Positions 10,685 through 24,891 of a stretch of 64,000 nucleotides of DNA are shown piece by piece. The stretch spans positions 2,170,001-2,234,000 of the forward strand of contig AP026125.1 of NCBI GenBank assembly GCA_030295235.1, in the 5' to 3' direction. Source of the stretch: Fistulifera solaris (Eukaryota). Under the pieces are notes generated by a model. It was given only the letters and a program-made list of their open reading frames with translations. It did no database searches and had not been told where the DNA came from. The position numbers were made by a program, and so were the translations under genes. How positions within the stretch are numbered: position 1 is the stretch's first letter; each line of letters begins with the position of its first letter.

Positions 10685-12167
10685 ATGACGACTCAGCATG
10701 GCAATCGCAAAAGCGGTGAGCAACCAAAGAATCGATCCTCATTATCACAGTCACCGAAGGAAAACGGCGACGAAACCGCGAAATCTTTCGTCACACAGAA
10801 ATCGTTGCCTCTGGTTCGCTACTTATCGTCGAATCATAGTGATGAATGGGATTCTTATACAGACGATGATGAATCCTTCATTCAAAGTTTCCCAAAAATC
10901 GAACTACATGTTCATCTCGACGGAAGTTTTGATCCGCATTATCTATTCGACTTCTTACAGCAGCAAATTCAGAAGTCTCCGCGTTACTCAGACTCCGTAC
11001 ACACACCGTCTCCGTATTTGTGCTGGCCTACAGAACAGCCTGTTCCGTGGGATCCTGCCAACAGTCCCTTACCGCTCCGTTCGAAAGTACAAGATTGTCA
11101 AACACCCAAACAGTATCATCAACTCTGCACGTGTCGTGGCTTTCGCTCACTCGCGCAAATGCTCAATTGTTTTCAATACTTCTTGCCACTAGTTCAAGGG
11201 AACTTGGAATTGCTGGAAAAACTCGCTTTTGATTTCGTCCAGCGGCAGTGGGAACAGCATGTCATGTACACCGAAGTGCGTTATTCGCCGCATTTACTAG
11301 CGACGCAGCAGTCACCAGAAGACGAGGAAAACAAGACTGGTTCTTCAATAATTACAGCGGAACAAGTGTATCAAGCTGTTACACATGGATTGCGTCGAGG
11401 AACGCAACAATTCGGAATCAAAGTAAATCAGATTCTGTGTGCCATCACATGGCATCCCGAATGGGCCGAAGGGACGCTGGAATTAGTCCAAGCACACTTT
11501 CACGAATTTCCTTGTGGAGTAGTAGGCATCGATATTGCCTCGGGCGAAGAGCATTTTGATCAAGAAGGACACCCAGAATTGTATCAAGCCCATTACGATA
11601 TGATTCAAAAGGCCAAACAGCTTCACATACCGATTACTTTACACGCGGGAGAATCGACGTCGCGAGCTCAGGAAAATGTACGAACGGCTATAGAAACATA
11701 CGGTGCCAAGCGCATTGGTCATGGTTACCGAATGGTGGATCAGCCCGAACTTATGACGTTTGTAAAGAGCGAGGCTGTCACGTCGAAGTTTGTCTTACTT
11801 CGAGTGACGAAACGGGTGGATGGGATTATGATGAACATACACAAAAGGATTGGAAGCAGCATCCTTGTGTTACTATGAAACAGCACGGTGTGCCGTTTTC
11901 GTTGAGTTCCGATGACCCCGCAGTCTTCCATACGTCATTGGCATGGCAGTATCGTACCGCTATCACCAAAATTGGATTTGATCGCGAAATATTTGAGCAA
12001 ACGAACTTGGATGCGATAGCGGCCGCCTTTTGCCAGAAGATGAAAAGAAAGAATTGCGAGAACAAGTTCGTCGGTATTGCAGCAACGCGCATAGACGTTC
12101 GTTTCGAAGAGCTACCTCGGAGACTTTTACAGATAGAGTGTATCTCAGCAACAAGCAATACTTATAA
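10685..12167 (+). CDS. ADA: Adenosine deaminase (two apparent homopolymer frameshifts)
   Basis: KIELHVHLDGS, YTEVRYSPH, TLHAGES, RIGHG. Adding one A at ~11765 restores GCHVEVCLTSS and SLSSDDPAVF; adding one T at ~12030 restores AFLPEDEKKEL through to TAA at 12167. Confidence 0.9.
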
Positions 12168-12625
12168 CTTGTAATTGAGTAAGTAAGTAGAATATATTTG
12201 CTTTTGAAGGCTGTTGCCTTTCTTCTCATGCTTGGCTAATTCAGATTCGGGTTCACATCTCTACCAGTACCAGGTATACTCCTAGTCCTAGGTCCTACTT
12301 CTTTGTCAACCAGATTAGATACAAGGTTAAGTATTTTCTGAGTTTTGTTCGTTTAGTTCTCTCGTGTCGTAGCGAGTCTACTTTGTACTTTAAATTGTAC
12401 TGTGAAGAGATTCTTTCTCACAAAAATCCGACAGCCCCTAAAAATCTATTCCAACGCTTCCTCAAAAAGGGAAGCAAGACCCAACGGCGCACATTCATCG
12501 TCTCACTTTTTCGTTCCTTGCAACCCAACAAAAAAATCACTAACGAGTTGCTCATCGAGTAGGCGGCTCTTTGATTAGTTTATCTTGGTGCTTGATTGGT
12601 GGCAATCCATTATTTAAGCTAGACT

Positions 12626-13967
12626 ATGGCGAAAGGGCACGATGCACATTCGGCGACAAGTTTTGAGATCTCGGATGACGAATCCTCAATTCATAGTTCT
12701 GATTACGGGACATCTTCTTCCGTCGATTCGGCAACCCATATTCGGTCCGTTGCATTGAGTATTGGAGCATCTACCATGTTGGATTTTCAAGGCGACGATG
12801 GCGACGAAGACGTGTTGGATATCCAAAAAAGATGGAAACTCAAAAAACAAGAGTATCTGAACAAAAACAAAACCAAGAAGAATTCTCAAAAAGAAAATAT
12901 ACCAGCAAACGAGGTACTGGCGACAGTGAATGCTCATCTGATGTCTGGGTTGAAGTAAGCGATTCATCTTGGGATCACGACGAGCGGCAAAATCAAAAGC
13001 ATTCACATCGATCGTCACGGCAATCGGCAGCGGCATCCAGACACTCCAGCAATGCTCAATCGTCGCGAAGTAGACGCAGTGAAAAAAAGTTCGGAAAGGA
13101 GTAGAGGGCCAGCTAAGTCACGCACCAGTTCAGAAGGGGGTGGAAGGTCTGGAAAGGGAAGTTTTAATTCGGACCGTTCTCGTTCATCTGGTGCGGTGAA
13201 GTTAGAATATGTCGATTATATTTCCAAAGTTGACGTGGCTTCAAACAATCGAGGCATCTCTACCGTTGGTCCCATTGGAAGTGAGGAAGCAAAGTCTGCT
13301 TTTTTTTAACATGAGAGAAATTCCTCATACAATTGCAGCTCAAAAGAGTGGGGACGATGTCTCATCAATCGGCGGCTACTCACACGTACATGTTGCGATG
13401 CAAGCGTATCGGAAGAAGCAACAAGAGCAACAGCGTCGACAAACAGCGGCTCATAGACCTGAAGCAGAATTACTGGAGGAGGAGGAGGAGGAGGCAGACG
13501 CTGCAAAGCGGGATAACACGCGCAATGCTACGCAAGGCCGTGTTCCCAATTCGAGATCGTCTTCACGCTCTGCCTCGAACCAAATGCCTCCCACTAACCC
13601 CTCGCACCCGCGCTCTGCAAGCGTGGATCAGCCAAGAGTTCCTCCTCCATTGATTCCGGAGTCTGAGGTACCAAATCCTGATATGTACCGTTTTGGTTCA
13701 GCAATGGGCCCAGCCAGACTCGATGCAAATAGGCTTGAGGCACTTCGAATGCAAGCTCATCGGCTGCATACGATGCCAGATTTAGAGCATGGCATTCAGC
13801 AGCGCTATGAAAGAACAATACAGCATCCGAATGGGATGATGATGATGGTCAAGCCCGAGGATTTACCTTTGCAGCGGACTGGGATGGAGCTTCTCTTTGT
13901 AGCCGTCATATCTGTTTCGCTGATCACGCTGGTCGTCCTGTTGATAATAATGATGACTCAAAAATGA
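12626..13967 (+). CDS. Hypothetical low-complexity protein with a C-terminal transmembrane helix (three apparent frameshifts)
   Basis: Overlapping ORFs 12626, 12832, 13052 and 13209 join at A/T runs (~12887, ~13085, ~13303); ends LLFVAVISVSLITLVVLLIIMMTQK. Confidence 0.6.
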
Positions 13968-14544
13968 AGCGGCAATTTTACCGCATTGTACGGCAAATCG
14001 TCTTGGTCGAAATTTATCATTGGTGGATTAAAACAACAAAAGTGACATATACCAACTGGATAACAAGACTACATTAAAATCTTATTTCCTTCCACTTGGA
14101 GCTCTACTCCACTATCTCTCTCATCTCATATTCATTTTCACAAACCTCCGCTTATACACAAAAGTTTCCCACGACCGCATTTCAGTCATGAATGTAAATG
14201 TGTGACGTGGTCGTGAAGAGGCCACGAATAATATTACCAATTGAAAGACTTTTTTAGGTGTGAGGTTAGATAACGTTTTCATTTGAAACGCAATATCTTT
14301 CAAATTTACGCCTTCGAAAAGGTTCCGGATCGTTGACTGCAGGGTCACTACAAATGTATAGGATCAATGTGTTCGTTCAACGAGACCGTGACTGAATTTC
14401 AGTCACGCTCCAATTAAGGAAAACAAATGGAACGGCGACAATTGCGGTCACACCGTACACTAAAGCCATCTTCATTTTCTCCGAGTACATGCCAGTAAAC
14501 GATAATCGACAGCATTTGTCTTCATTTCGTAAAAAGAATGAAAG

Positions 14545-14650
14545 ATGAAATGCAACCAATTTCTACGTGGGTTTTACGTAGGCCTCGTAGGGGAATTTAT
14601 CGACAGAGGGGGTACCCGGATATGGTGTATTTTCGGTCGCAGCATTTCCT
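14545..14650. repeat. Diverged partial dispersed copy of the 429-bp repeat family
   Basis: acgtaggcctcgtaggggaatttatcgacagagggggtacccggatat matches the unit motif at 8754-8803. Confidence 0.8.
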
Positions 14651-14673
14651 TTTCGTATAGTCTATCGTCATTG

Positions 14674-17600
14674 ATGATGATGATTCATTCATTCGTCAAT
14701 GCGTTGCTGTTTTACGTTACTTTTTTAATTCCTTTGCTTTCTAAGCTTCAGTCCAATTTTCTGCTTTATTATGGTGGAAAACGGCAATCGCGTCAATGCT
14801 GCGCAGAAAATGGTCGGCCTTTTTCGGCCTCCGAACTATCCTCTCGTAAAAAGCCATACTGGCAAATCACTGCTTTTCTGTCATTGATATCGGCTGATCT
14901 CCTAGTATCTTTACTCTTTATGACACCGCTATTCCCTAAACTCATCACAGGATCAGCAAACGATCATTACACTGTTTACGGTACACTTTCTGATTTAGGA
15001 TTGCTGGCTCTAGTGCGAGCATTGACATCGCTCGTAGCCATGGCTGTTTCCTACGTGAAAGCCGAAGAACGACCGGAGTATCCCTTTGTTCTTGTTCATC
15101 CGAATGGAGAAAAGAAAACACGAGAAGAACTCGAAGAAGAAGCTTTGGAAGAGGCGTTCGGATCGTGGCTCTGGCGATTTACCACTCGACCGTCATTTGC
15201 GACGCAACTGGTGGCGACGTTGACACAGGGACTTTGTGTTGTGAAAGCTCTGTTGCGTATGAATATTGAAATCGGTCTTTATCATGACAAGCAGCCGATG
15301 CATCCGCTACTTTGGGTGGCGATCATGTTGGCGGCCTTTATGAGTTTGTTAGAAGCATGCGTGCTCGATTATGTTTGTCAGTTAGTTGTCAGTTACGCGA
15401 AAGAAAATGAGCGGCGGGGAATGCTTCGAACGCTATCGTCGCTTAGTGTGCCTCTTTTGGCAGCGGATTCGAGATCAGTAGATGAAGAGCAAGACGGGAG
15501 TCTTGAAGAAGAACAGGAGAATGAAGTGGAAGTAAGAGGCGTGAGCGACATTACCAGCGATAGCAACTACAAGGCTTCGTGGAAAGACTTGCTTCAGACT
15601 TGTGCTCCTGATATCAATTTGCTCGTATTGGCTTTTTGTATTTTTGATTTTCGCTGCCGTATCACAGACGCTTATTCCACTTTATCTCGGACATATCCTT
15701 GATGCGCTGACGGAAGCTTTCTCGAACCACAATGAAGATAATGACGATGAATCCGTTTTGCAAGTTCCTGGTTTCATCAAAAACATTGAGCTCTTAGTCC
15801 TTGTATCCATTTGTGCCGGCGTCTTCTCCGGTTTGCGTGGTCAGTAAAACCCCTGCGTGTCGTAACGAATGTATGCTTTTTATTGAAAGAAGCTCACAAA
15901 AATTGTTCACACTGATAGGTTCGATTTTTACCGTCGTTGGCGGCAGAGTCAATTGTCGTTTGCGTATCAAATTGATGGATTCGCTTCTCGTTCAGGATAT
16001 TGGCTTTTTCGATGTGACCAAAACGGGCGATATTACGTCACGGTTGTCGTCAGATACCACGCTCGTGGGCGATCAAGTCACAATGAATGTGAATATATTT
16101 CTCCGTTCATTAGTACAAGCTCTTGGAGTTCTTGGTTTCATGTTCACGGTATCTTGGCAGTTGTCTGTGTTGGCATTTATCAGTGTTCCCGTGATCACGA
16201 TGATCAGTCGATGGTATGGAGGTTATGTTCGTTCTTTGACCAAACTGATGCAGAAGAGACTCGCCGAGGGGAACGTTGTTAGCGAGTCGGTGCTCAGCGC
16301 CATGTCCACGGTCAGGTCCTTCGATGCAGCAACCAATGAACTGAAGGAATTTGAAAAGTGCATGGACAAATACCTCACGCTGAATATGCGATCCTCCTTC
16401 GCATACTGTGGTTTCGCTTGTTTGACAACGTCGCTCCCCGAGCTTGTGTTTGCTGTTGTCGGTAAGTCTCGCCCGCGTTTTGTATAGTGTAGACGAATGC
16501 GAATTCTGACCCTTACCTGATGTGCTATAGTGTTTTATGGTGGATTGATGGTTCGTAACGAGGATATCACCAGCGGCCAGCTAGTTAGTTTTCTGCTCTA
16601 TTTACAATCGCTTTCTGACGCGATTGCCAGTATGGGGTGGGTTTTTGGTTCTTTGACACAAGCAGTGGGAGCGGCCGATAAAGTATTTGAACTATTGAAT
16701 CGTCAACCGAAAGTCACTCCTCCATCTACCACACGTCCCATCATCGAAGCGGAACGTCACTCCCGCGCACACAATTTACAATTGGGCACATTTAAGACAA
16801 CGAACCAACGATTGCAAGGTATTGTACCGGAGTCGGCGCGAGGTCAGATCGAATTCAAGGACGTGACGCTGTATTACCCTTCCCGGCCACAAAAGCGCGT
16901 GTTAAACGGAATCTCATTCAAAGTCGAACCCGGATCCATAGTTGCGTTGGTGGGAGAATCAGGTGGAGGAAAGAGTAGCATCATTTCGTTACTACTGCAT
17001 CATTACGAACAACAGTCGGGTCGAATTTTGTTCGATGGGATAGCCATTCACGAATTACAAGCTGCATGGCTCTGCCGAAACGTGTCGATTGTGTCACAGG
17101 AACCCACATTGTTTGGCCGCAGTATCAAACGCAACATAATGTACGGACTGGAAGGCACGTCCGCGGAACCCAACCAAGAAGAAATTGAAGAGGCGGCACG
17201 TTTGGCCAATGCCGATTCCTTCATTCAAAATATGCCGATGAAATACGATACCGAAGTGGGTGAGCGCGGAGTGCAACTGAGCGGCGGACAAAAACAAAGA
17301 ATTGCAATTGCTCGTGCGTTGGTGCGCAAACCTCGTGTGTTACTTTGTAAGTACCGACTGGACTAATGTGTGGCTTATTGTGAACAGATGCTGATCTTTT
17401 GACCACTTTCCCACGTTGCTGGCCTCACAGTGGACGAAGCCACGTCGGCTCTTGATGCTGAAAGTGAGCATTTAGTCCAGCAAGCCATTGATGATATGAT
17501 TTCTCGTGGAAAGAACAGCGACTCTGGCGAAGAGCCCATGACAGTTGTGATTGTAGCTCATCGTTTGTCAACAGTAAGGAGTGCAGATCGTATATTCGTT

Positions 17601-17754
17601 CTAAAAAGACGGCGCGGTTGTAGAGGAAGGCAATCATGAGGAGTTGTTGCAAAATGATACTGGGGTGTACGCTTCTTTAATCCAACGACAAATGGAAGCT
17701 CAAAGGAAATTAGATAGCACTGATGCTGTCACAGATGGAGACGCTGATGATTAG
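14674..17754 (+). CDS. ABC transporter B-family half-transporter (TAP/ABCB9-10-like), multi-exon
   Basis: TM domain [22 protein letters not shown], Walker [11 protein letters not shown]-loop VSQEP, signature [15 protein letters not shown], Walker [10 protein letters not shown]-loop IVAHRLSTV. Introns near 15840-15918, 16462-16530 and 17347-17430; frameshifts near 15635 and 17605. Confidence 0.92.
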
Positions 17755-18724
17755 GGAAATAGAAAAGTATATATTAAGTTTTTAACCCCACCAGTCTGTT
17801 AAGCGAGTGTCGATGTGGTCAGGAACGAGAACAAGCATTCACCGTTCAAGGGGCCAAAACCATTGATGTTGTTGTGGAAATGGATTGCGTCCAAGGTGTC
17901 TTCACTTCCCAGAAAATCTGCGTGATTAGTCATTACTCGTGACTGACAGGCAGTCGTGGACTCCTTGAACCATCACTTTGGGTCCATAGTAAACATGGGA
18001 AACAAAGTTTCACAAAGCTCTTCGACGTGAAACTTAATGACGTCTCATGAAAAGGCTTGTCAAGACTTTTTCATCGCAACGACGACAAATGGAACTCAAG
18101 GTATGTCGTTGAACAATCGAATTTTAGGCCGCATTATCGCTCAAAAATAATGATTCATGACTGAAGTGCAGTCGTGGCGAAAACGGAAAACACTTTGGTC
18201 GATAGTAATACGAAAGACAACGTTTTGCAAGGCTTCCGACGTAAAAAAATGTAATGATGTATAATCCAAACGCTTCTGTGACTATTGCATTGTAGGAACG
18301 ACAGAAGGAGCTGAAAAGATTCTGCTGAACGAACAAGTTCTAGGCAGCATTGTTGCTCGACATAATTTGCATTCGTGACGGAATTACAGTCGTGGATAGT
18401 ATGATTTAACACTTACCAGGTATCGCATTATACTCCGGAGTAGTAGATAAGGTTTTCCTTATTTAAAGCAGACGGAAATTCTGTATCTCAAGAGAAGTTT
18501 GAAATCATCTGGGTGTGCGGTGTTTTTACCGCTTCAGTAAATCTGCGGGCCTGGTGTTTTCACGTCGTCCGCACAGAAAAATCTGGAGAATGAAGGATAT
18601 CAAAGGCAATAATAACTTTTGTTACTTTTCCTTTATTTCAAACAAAAAACTATAATGATCAAAAAGCATCCAGTTGTTCAGTAACATCAAAGATTTCCAT
18701 ATACAAGCGCACCTGCACGCAAGA

Positions 18725-21012
18725 ATGAAACGACGATTTATTCAAAAATTTCCCCGGGTCGTTGCGTGTCATTTTCATCCTGGCAATGTCGTTCGACTTT
18801 CTTGTCGTCCTCTTTCGACAGCGAACAATCACAATAATATTGCATCAACAGCTACAAAATCACCAACATCTTTAGAACTCGATTTCTTCGGAGAACCCGT
18901 TACATTTGTTCATGCAACGCTCGATTCAACACAGCAATTAACAAATACAACAACAAACGCCATGGAAGCACTCGATGGCTTTTTATTGACAGTCGTGAGT
19001 AAAGGAAAGTCATGCATTGGCGGAGGCGATGAAGCGGGAATCGATGTCAAGCCGGCACATGCCGCATCGTTGAGTTGGGCGGAGTTGTTACGACATGCGG
19101 CGGTTTGGAATGATTCAACAACAGCAACGCAACGATCCTCGCCCATGTTGGCAGTCGTAGCTGTCGCACCGTTGTTGGCACAGGCCGGTGTCGCTTATGT
19201 GCGGCATTTAGACACTTTGTTAAAACAAGCGTCTCCCGGTGTGAAGGGATTGCCGGTGATACAAATGATGGACTTGGCGACAGCCGTAGTAGAGACCTGG
19301 ATGGAACACAGCGATGAAGCCTTGCCATGGAATGAACGAGAATGTTTGCATGTACAAGCCTTGTCTTATTTATTGAAAGACCAACACAGACGGGCACTTT
19401 CTGTCGTGCTAAAAATTTTGCAGCTGTGCCCAGGAGATTTATTGGCTTTGACTCTAGCCATGGATTTAGCACAAACCACAGGCGATAAACGTGCGGCCTT
19501 ACGGTGAGTTGTATAAGTCGATTGAATTGTGTTTTTCGTCTACAATTTGAACCACTTTCTTATGTTTAACTCATCAGTGCCGCCGGATCCGTGGCGGCGT
19601 ACTGGAGCGAACGAGGCGGTGGATTCATTACCCCCGCGTTGACGGGACATGCCGTGGCCACCAGTTGGATGGCACTAGGATTGGCTGTTGGAGGGCGCAC
19701 GGAGTCGGCAGAACAATTGGCAGAACGATCGATGAAACAGGGACGGAAATTGGGTGGTGCGGTGGCTACTTGGGCGCAAGCGCACATTTTCGATGCGGCG
19801 GGGCGTGTTTCGGAAGGAATCTCCGCCATGGCCAACTATGATGGAATTGTCAATTATGAAGGAGCGGGCTGGATGTTCTTTGATTGTCGTTTAGCGGGAT
19901 ATGGGGCACGCTTTTCATTGGATCGAGAAGAACGAGGACGTGGGACGAGCCGAGCCCTGACTTTATACGAACGTAGTTTTGATCGTGTATTACATTATAG
20001 TGGATTCGCCATGGGGAAACCGTGGAGACGTCCGCAGCAGCCCGCTCCGATCGCGTGGAAAGAGGAAACAAGATTATCACTAGAACAAGGAGAATCCGAC
20101 AATACACAGGAAGCTATGTCTTTTTGGGAACGAATCTCGGGGCAAAAGAAGAGTTCGGCGGCGTCTCAAAAGCAAGAATTCTACGAGCTAGTGTTGAAAG
20201 GGGAACAACTTCCGTCATCGAAATTAGAGAATTGGGATCCATCTTTAGAGGACGTCTTGACGTGGCTTCCTCCCACCCCTCAGCTCTTATCTGATGCAAC
20301 CTTATTGCTTCTACGACTGACATTGAATGGAACTATTTCTACACAGAATGGCCGATGGGGACATATGCGCAATGCTTGGCGTGTATTATTGGAAATGCAG
20401 GATACACACGAGAAGTCTTTGTCGTTTTGTCCGCTTGCTTGCTTATCGGCATCGCTTTTGTGCCATCCACGCGACACGGGAGGTGACAAGATTGGCAATG
20501 GACGACTAGCGCAAGCTTTGTACAATTTGGGAGAGACTTTACGTCTTGGAGGTACCACCGATCAGTCTTCGCCAATGAGTGAATCCAAGGCCATTCGTGA
20601 AGTTGTAGCTGATCGTGATCCCAGTTTTTGGTTGCCAGTGGAAGGTGATAGCAACGACATTTGGAAAGAAATCGTCGATCAATTTTCATCGGGCATCGAC
20701 GAATACCTTGATTTAAACAAAGCGGGCAATCACAACGGTTCACCGTTTGAACACTGGGACTTTGAAGCTCGTCCTATATTAGAGCATGCGGTAGTTTACG
20801 CCGCATGTAAAGCGGGAGATATAGAGAGCTTATCATTGGCCCGTGCTATTTGCAGTCAGGGTGTGACAATTCGCACCAATTCGCCCGAGGAGTGGTGGCG
20901 GTACAGCATCGTATTGGGCTTACTAGGGGACGAGAGAGGTTCAGAAGATGCTTTACAGCACAGTATTAACTTTGGTTCCGGTCAAGGATCTCGAAGTGTC
21001 AGTTCATTGTAA
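18725..21012 (+). CDS. TTC38-like TPR protein, possibly mitochondrial, 2 exons
   Basis: ERECLHVQAL...ILQLCPGDLLAL and ATWAQAHIFDAAGRVSEG resemble TTC38; intron ~19504-19576; Arg-rich N-terminus. Confidence 0.6.
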
Positions 21013-21463
21013 TAGATAGTCCAGAGTAGACTGAAGGTCAAGAGTTAATGAGTGTTTTTTTGAAGAAAAGCACAGCTGCGAAAGGTCGCTGCAAATAGAA
21101 AGTTCCAAGTATATCGTGCTGATACAATCCTCGGGCCCGAATAAATTTCACTTTTATTTGTATCCAGACAGTGGAAATTATCAAAAGTTTTATCTGCGGG
21201 GGTTGAAACCGTTTTGAAACAACGTTCCTGAAACATTCGTTTTGCAAACTAAGTTTACTATGGCATGAAGTGTATATTACTTTTTTCGTGACTCCTCGAT
21301 TACAAACCTCAGTCATGAGTTAGAGTAAGGCTAATGTACGCTGGCGACGTACAGACAATCGAAACAATGCGATATGAGAGGAAGGTTAAAAAAAATGAAA
21401 AAGAAAAAGGCGGCTTCATGCTTCATTCATTCTTCCTTTTTGATCAATTGATTAGCAAACACG

Positions 21464-23515
21464 ATGACTTCAACAGCAGCAACTTCTCATCACACACAAT
21501 TTCTTGAAGACAGCGAGATTTTGGCAAAAAGCGTTTTGCTGTGCAAATATTCTTTGCAAACGAAACGCAACAATCATTAACAGAGCGCTTGCAGCACTTT
21601 GTGGAGGCGTTTCAGGTGCGTTTACGACGTTTAAAGCATTTTCTCATAAATCGACATCATTAACCTAATCCACTGATCTCTTTACGTTGTAGGATCAAGT
21701 TCCACTGCAACAGAGAGAACAGCAGCAACTCGAATGGACGGCTTATTTACTCGCACGCGCCCCTGCTACTTTTCTAGATGAGTTAGAGCAATGTTTTCGT
21801 CAATGGCTACTTCAATACAGCGAGGAAATGCAAGAAGATGATTCTGCTACGGCGCCTTTAACGAGCTTGTTGCAAACACTTGGATGGTTTGATTTCGCTT
21901 TCGTACAAAAACCGCTGCAAAAAGCGGTCGCATTTCGTATACAACAAATTGCTCGTGATTTGATTCAAGGAGATTACGAAACACCCAATTTACTTCAAGT
22001 ATTGCTATCGGAATGTCAACAAGCCATTCCGTCAACACTGCAACAAATCAATTTGGAAGAAAACGTGCGTTCCGTTTTCGGACAAGTGCGCTTAGATGAA
22101 TTGTTTGAAATGGTGGCGGATTATCCAGATTCACAACCAGCCGTGCAGGATCTGCAAACACTTTGTCGAAGCAGTCCCCGCTTCGCACAACAACTGACTC
22201 ACTCGCTCAAACAAACCTTGATTCGACGACTATGTCACCCGGGGGCGGAAACGACGCAAATCATGCAAATGTACATTCATACCATCCATTGTCTTCGAGT
22301 ATGGGGACTGTCGAGTGCCGCCGTCACGACACCCGTACGCACATATTTGCGCGAGCAACGGTCGGATACGGTTCGATGCATAATTACCAGTTTGACGACG
22401 GGTGACTTGTACGAGGAATTGCGAAAGCCACAAGCGCTCGAACACATGGTAGAAGATGAAGACGATGAGGAAGAACCGCCCACCATGGAGTGGCAACCGA
22501 AACCTTCCATTTTTCATCCCGTCGCGGGACATGACTCGGAAGACATTCTGGCCCTGTTGGTCAGCATCTATGGCAGCAAAGAAGTCTTTGTCAACGAATA
22601 TCGACTCATGTTGGCTGACAAATTACTCAATCAAATGGACTATCAGACCGACTCTTCCGTTCATACATTAGAATTACTCAAGTTGCGGTTTGGAGAGCAA
22701 TCGATGCGGCACTGTGAGGTCATGGTAAAAGATATTGACGATAGCAAACGTACGAATGCGCAAATTAAGGAAGAACTCCGGGACAGTGTCGTTGACAGTG
22801 TTATCGTATCACACATCTTTTGGCCGAAACTGCAAAGGAACGCTTGCAGCATCATCCTCGCCTGCAAACACCCTTGGACGAATACAATCGAGTGTTTAGT
22901 CGCTTGAAGAATCCGCGACAATTGGTATGGTTTTCACAATTAGGAACTGTGGATATCGAACTAGACGTTTTCGACAAGGGTGGAGAAATCGTCACGAAGA
23001 ATTTTTCCTGTCCGCCATTACAAGTCACACTTCTGTTGCATTTCGAGGACCAACCTATTTGGAAGCTGTCAGATTTATCCAATGAAACTGGTGTTCCTGA
23101 AAATTTGTTGCAGAAACGTCTTTCCTATTGGGTCGGCCATCGCATTATTCGGCATACTGATGCCGATATCTACGAGCTAGTCCTTCGTACAGAACACCAC
23201 CATCACGAAAATACGGAAACAGCAGAAGATCACTATATGCATGCCGATGAAGGAAATAGCTCAGCCGTGAGTCTGACTGCTCACGAAGACGAAGAAATGC
23301 AGGTCTTTGAATCATACGTGGTTGGTATGCTGACGAACATGGGTTCCCTCCCCCTGGCTCGTATCCATCAAATGCTCAAGATGTTTGTGACAGGAAGTGA
23401 AGTCGTCGTAAAAGATCCAACTCCTCAACAACTTGCACAGTTTTTACAAAAACTCGTGGCGCAAAACAAACTCGAATGCGGCCCGGATGGTATGTACAAG
23501 CTTTATGGCAAATGA
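21464..23515 (+). CDS. APC2: Anaphase-promoting complex subunit 2
   Basis: RRLCHPGAETTQI, LLVSIYGSKEVFVNEYRLMLADKLL, LELLKLRFGE..CEVMVKDIDDSKRTN, IVSHIFWP, RQLVWFSQLGTV, and a winged-helix C-terminus YVVGMLTNMGSLPLARIHQMLKMF. Intron ~21616-21692; frameshift ~22835; start codon uncertain. Confidence 0.9.
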
Positions 23516-23670
23516 TAACAAGGCGAGGATTGATTACGAAAGGTTACTTTGTTGCGTTGTCACTGCAATTTTAAGACTATTCAAACATGTACTTTTTGGG
23601 TAGAGGAGAACTATTAATTTGTTTTTCAATATGCATCTCTAAACTGTTGGCACCATGTTAACTTTGGTGC

Positions 23671-24891
23671 TCAATTGGCGAGCGCCATTTTAGGCAAAGA
23701 TCCTAGAATATCCTTCAACTCCTCACCGAGTTCCTCATCCTCCTCGCTCCAATCATCATCTTCAGAGTCGTACTCGGAATCATCATCGTCGTCGTCGTCA
23801 GAGTCGTCAGAGTCGTCATCAGAGAAATCGGCTTCGCTCATATCAGCCGTCTTATCATTGTCCTCCAACAGCATGCGAGCTTCTTGGGGGCTGAGTTTAC
23901 CGGCGGCAACCATGCCCGCCATGTCATCAGGCAGGGCGTCCTTGGGATTTTCCACAAAGCGGGTGTGGGGTCCAATCTTCACAAGTTCTGGCGGACCTTG
24001 TTCCCCATCCTTCGCTACAGAGCGTTTGGGCCAATACTTGTCTTGGTTCTTTTCTAAGAATGCAATCCAGTCCCCATAATGCTCCTTACGAACGTAGTTC
24101 AAAGGGCAATGGCCTCGCGCATCAATCATATGAAACATTCTCACGTCGAATTTCAGAATTTCTTCTACAACCGGAAAAGCAGGCTCCGCAGCCCAACAAG
24201 CATCATGCAATGGGGTGCGACCGTAATCATCCGCGGTGCGAAAGTCGCAACCACGTTCAAGCAAAACGTCCATCATTGGCTTGCTACCATGACGGCAAAC
24301 AGTGTGCGCAACCGATTCATTGTACTGATTGCAGGGGTTGGACGAGAGACCAGCCCTCATGAGTTCCTGAAAGTTCTCAACGTCATGGCGACGAATCAAT
24401 CCAATCAAGTGAATATTGTAACTAGCACGCTGGTGAGAAGAAGGCGTGTTGTAATAGCCTGACTGCAGAGTAGGATAGCGCTTCGTCGAGTAGCCACGGT
24501 AGCGTAACATGGCGTCCATGTACGCCTGAGGATTCAACAACTGTCACAGACAAAGCATCAAAAGGAAGGTAAGCATTATGGAGGGTGGAGGTTACTTGAT
24601 ATCAAAACACTCTGTAAAACTTACATTATCGTTGCTGTCTGTCTTGCGAAGAGCCGGACGTTTCTTCGTCTCAGTGGGCGTCTTGACATCAGCCGTTCGA
24701 ATGATTTGACTCTTCTTTCCGCGGCTGAACGAACTCGAAGCTTTCTGGAAAAGCCAGTTGCGGAAAAAGACTTTGTTCGCAGCCTTTTCAGGAGGAGGTT
24801 TGTGAACTTCCTTTCCTCGGTTCGAAGCGAGGAAGACGGCTTGAAGAGCCACGGGGATACGGCTTTGCTTTTTCTGGGGTTGGGCACTCAT
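23671..24891 (-). CDS. Ankyrin-repeat protein with acidic tail (copy A), 2 exons
   Basis: DDYGRTPLHDACW, DARGHCPLNY; intron 24624-24541; Asp/Glu-rich C-terminus. Confidence 0.85.

Noticed and set aside
14545..14673. N-terminal extension of the ABC transporter ORF
   Set aside because: It is translated repeat-family DNA; the Met run at 14674 is the likelier start
17800..18400. Possible relic of the same gene family as 7100-8420
   Set aside because: Only a few residues of resemblance across broken frames; not supportable
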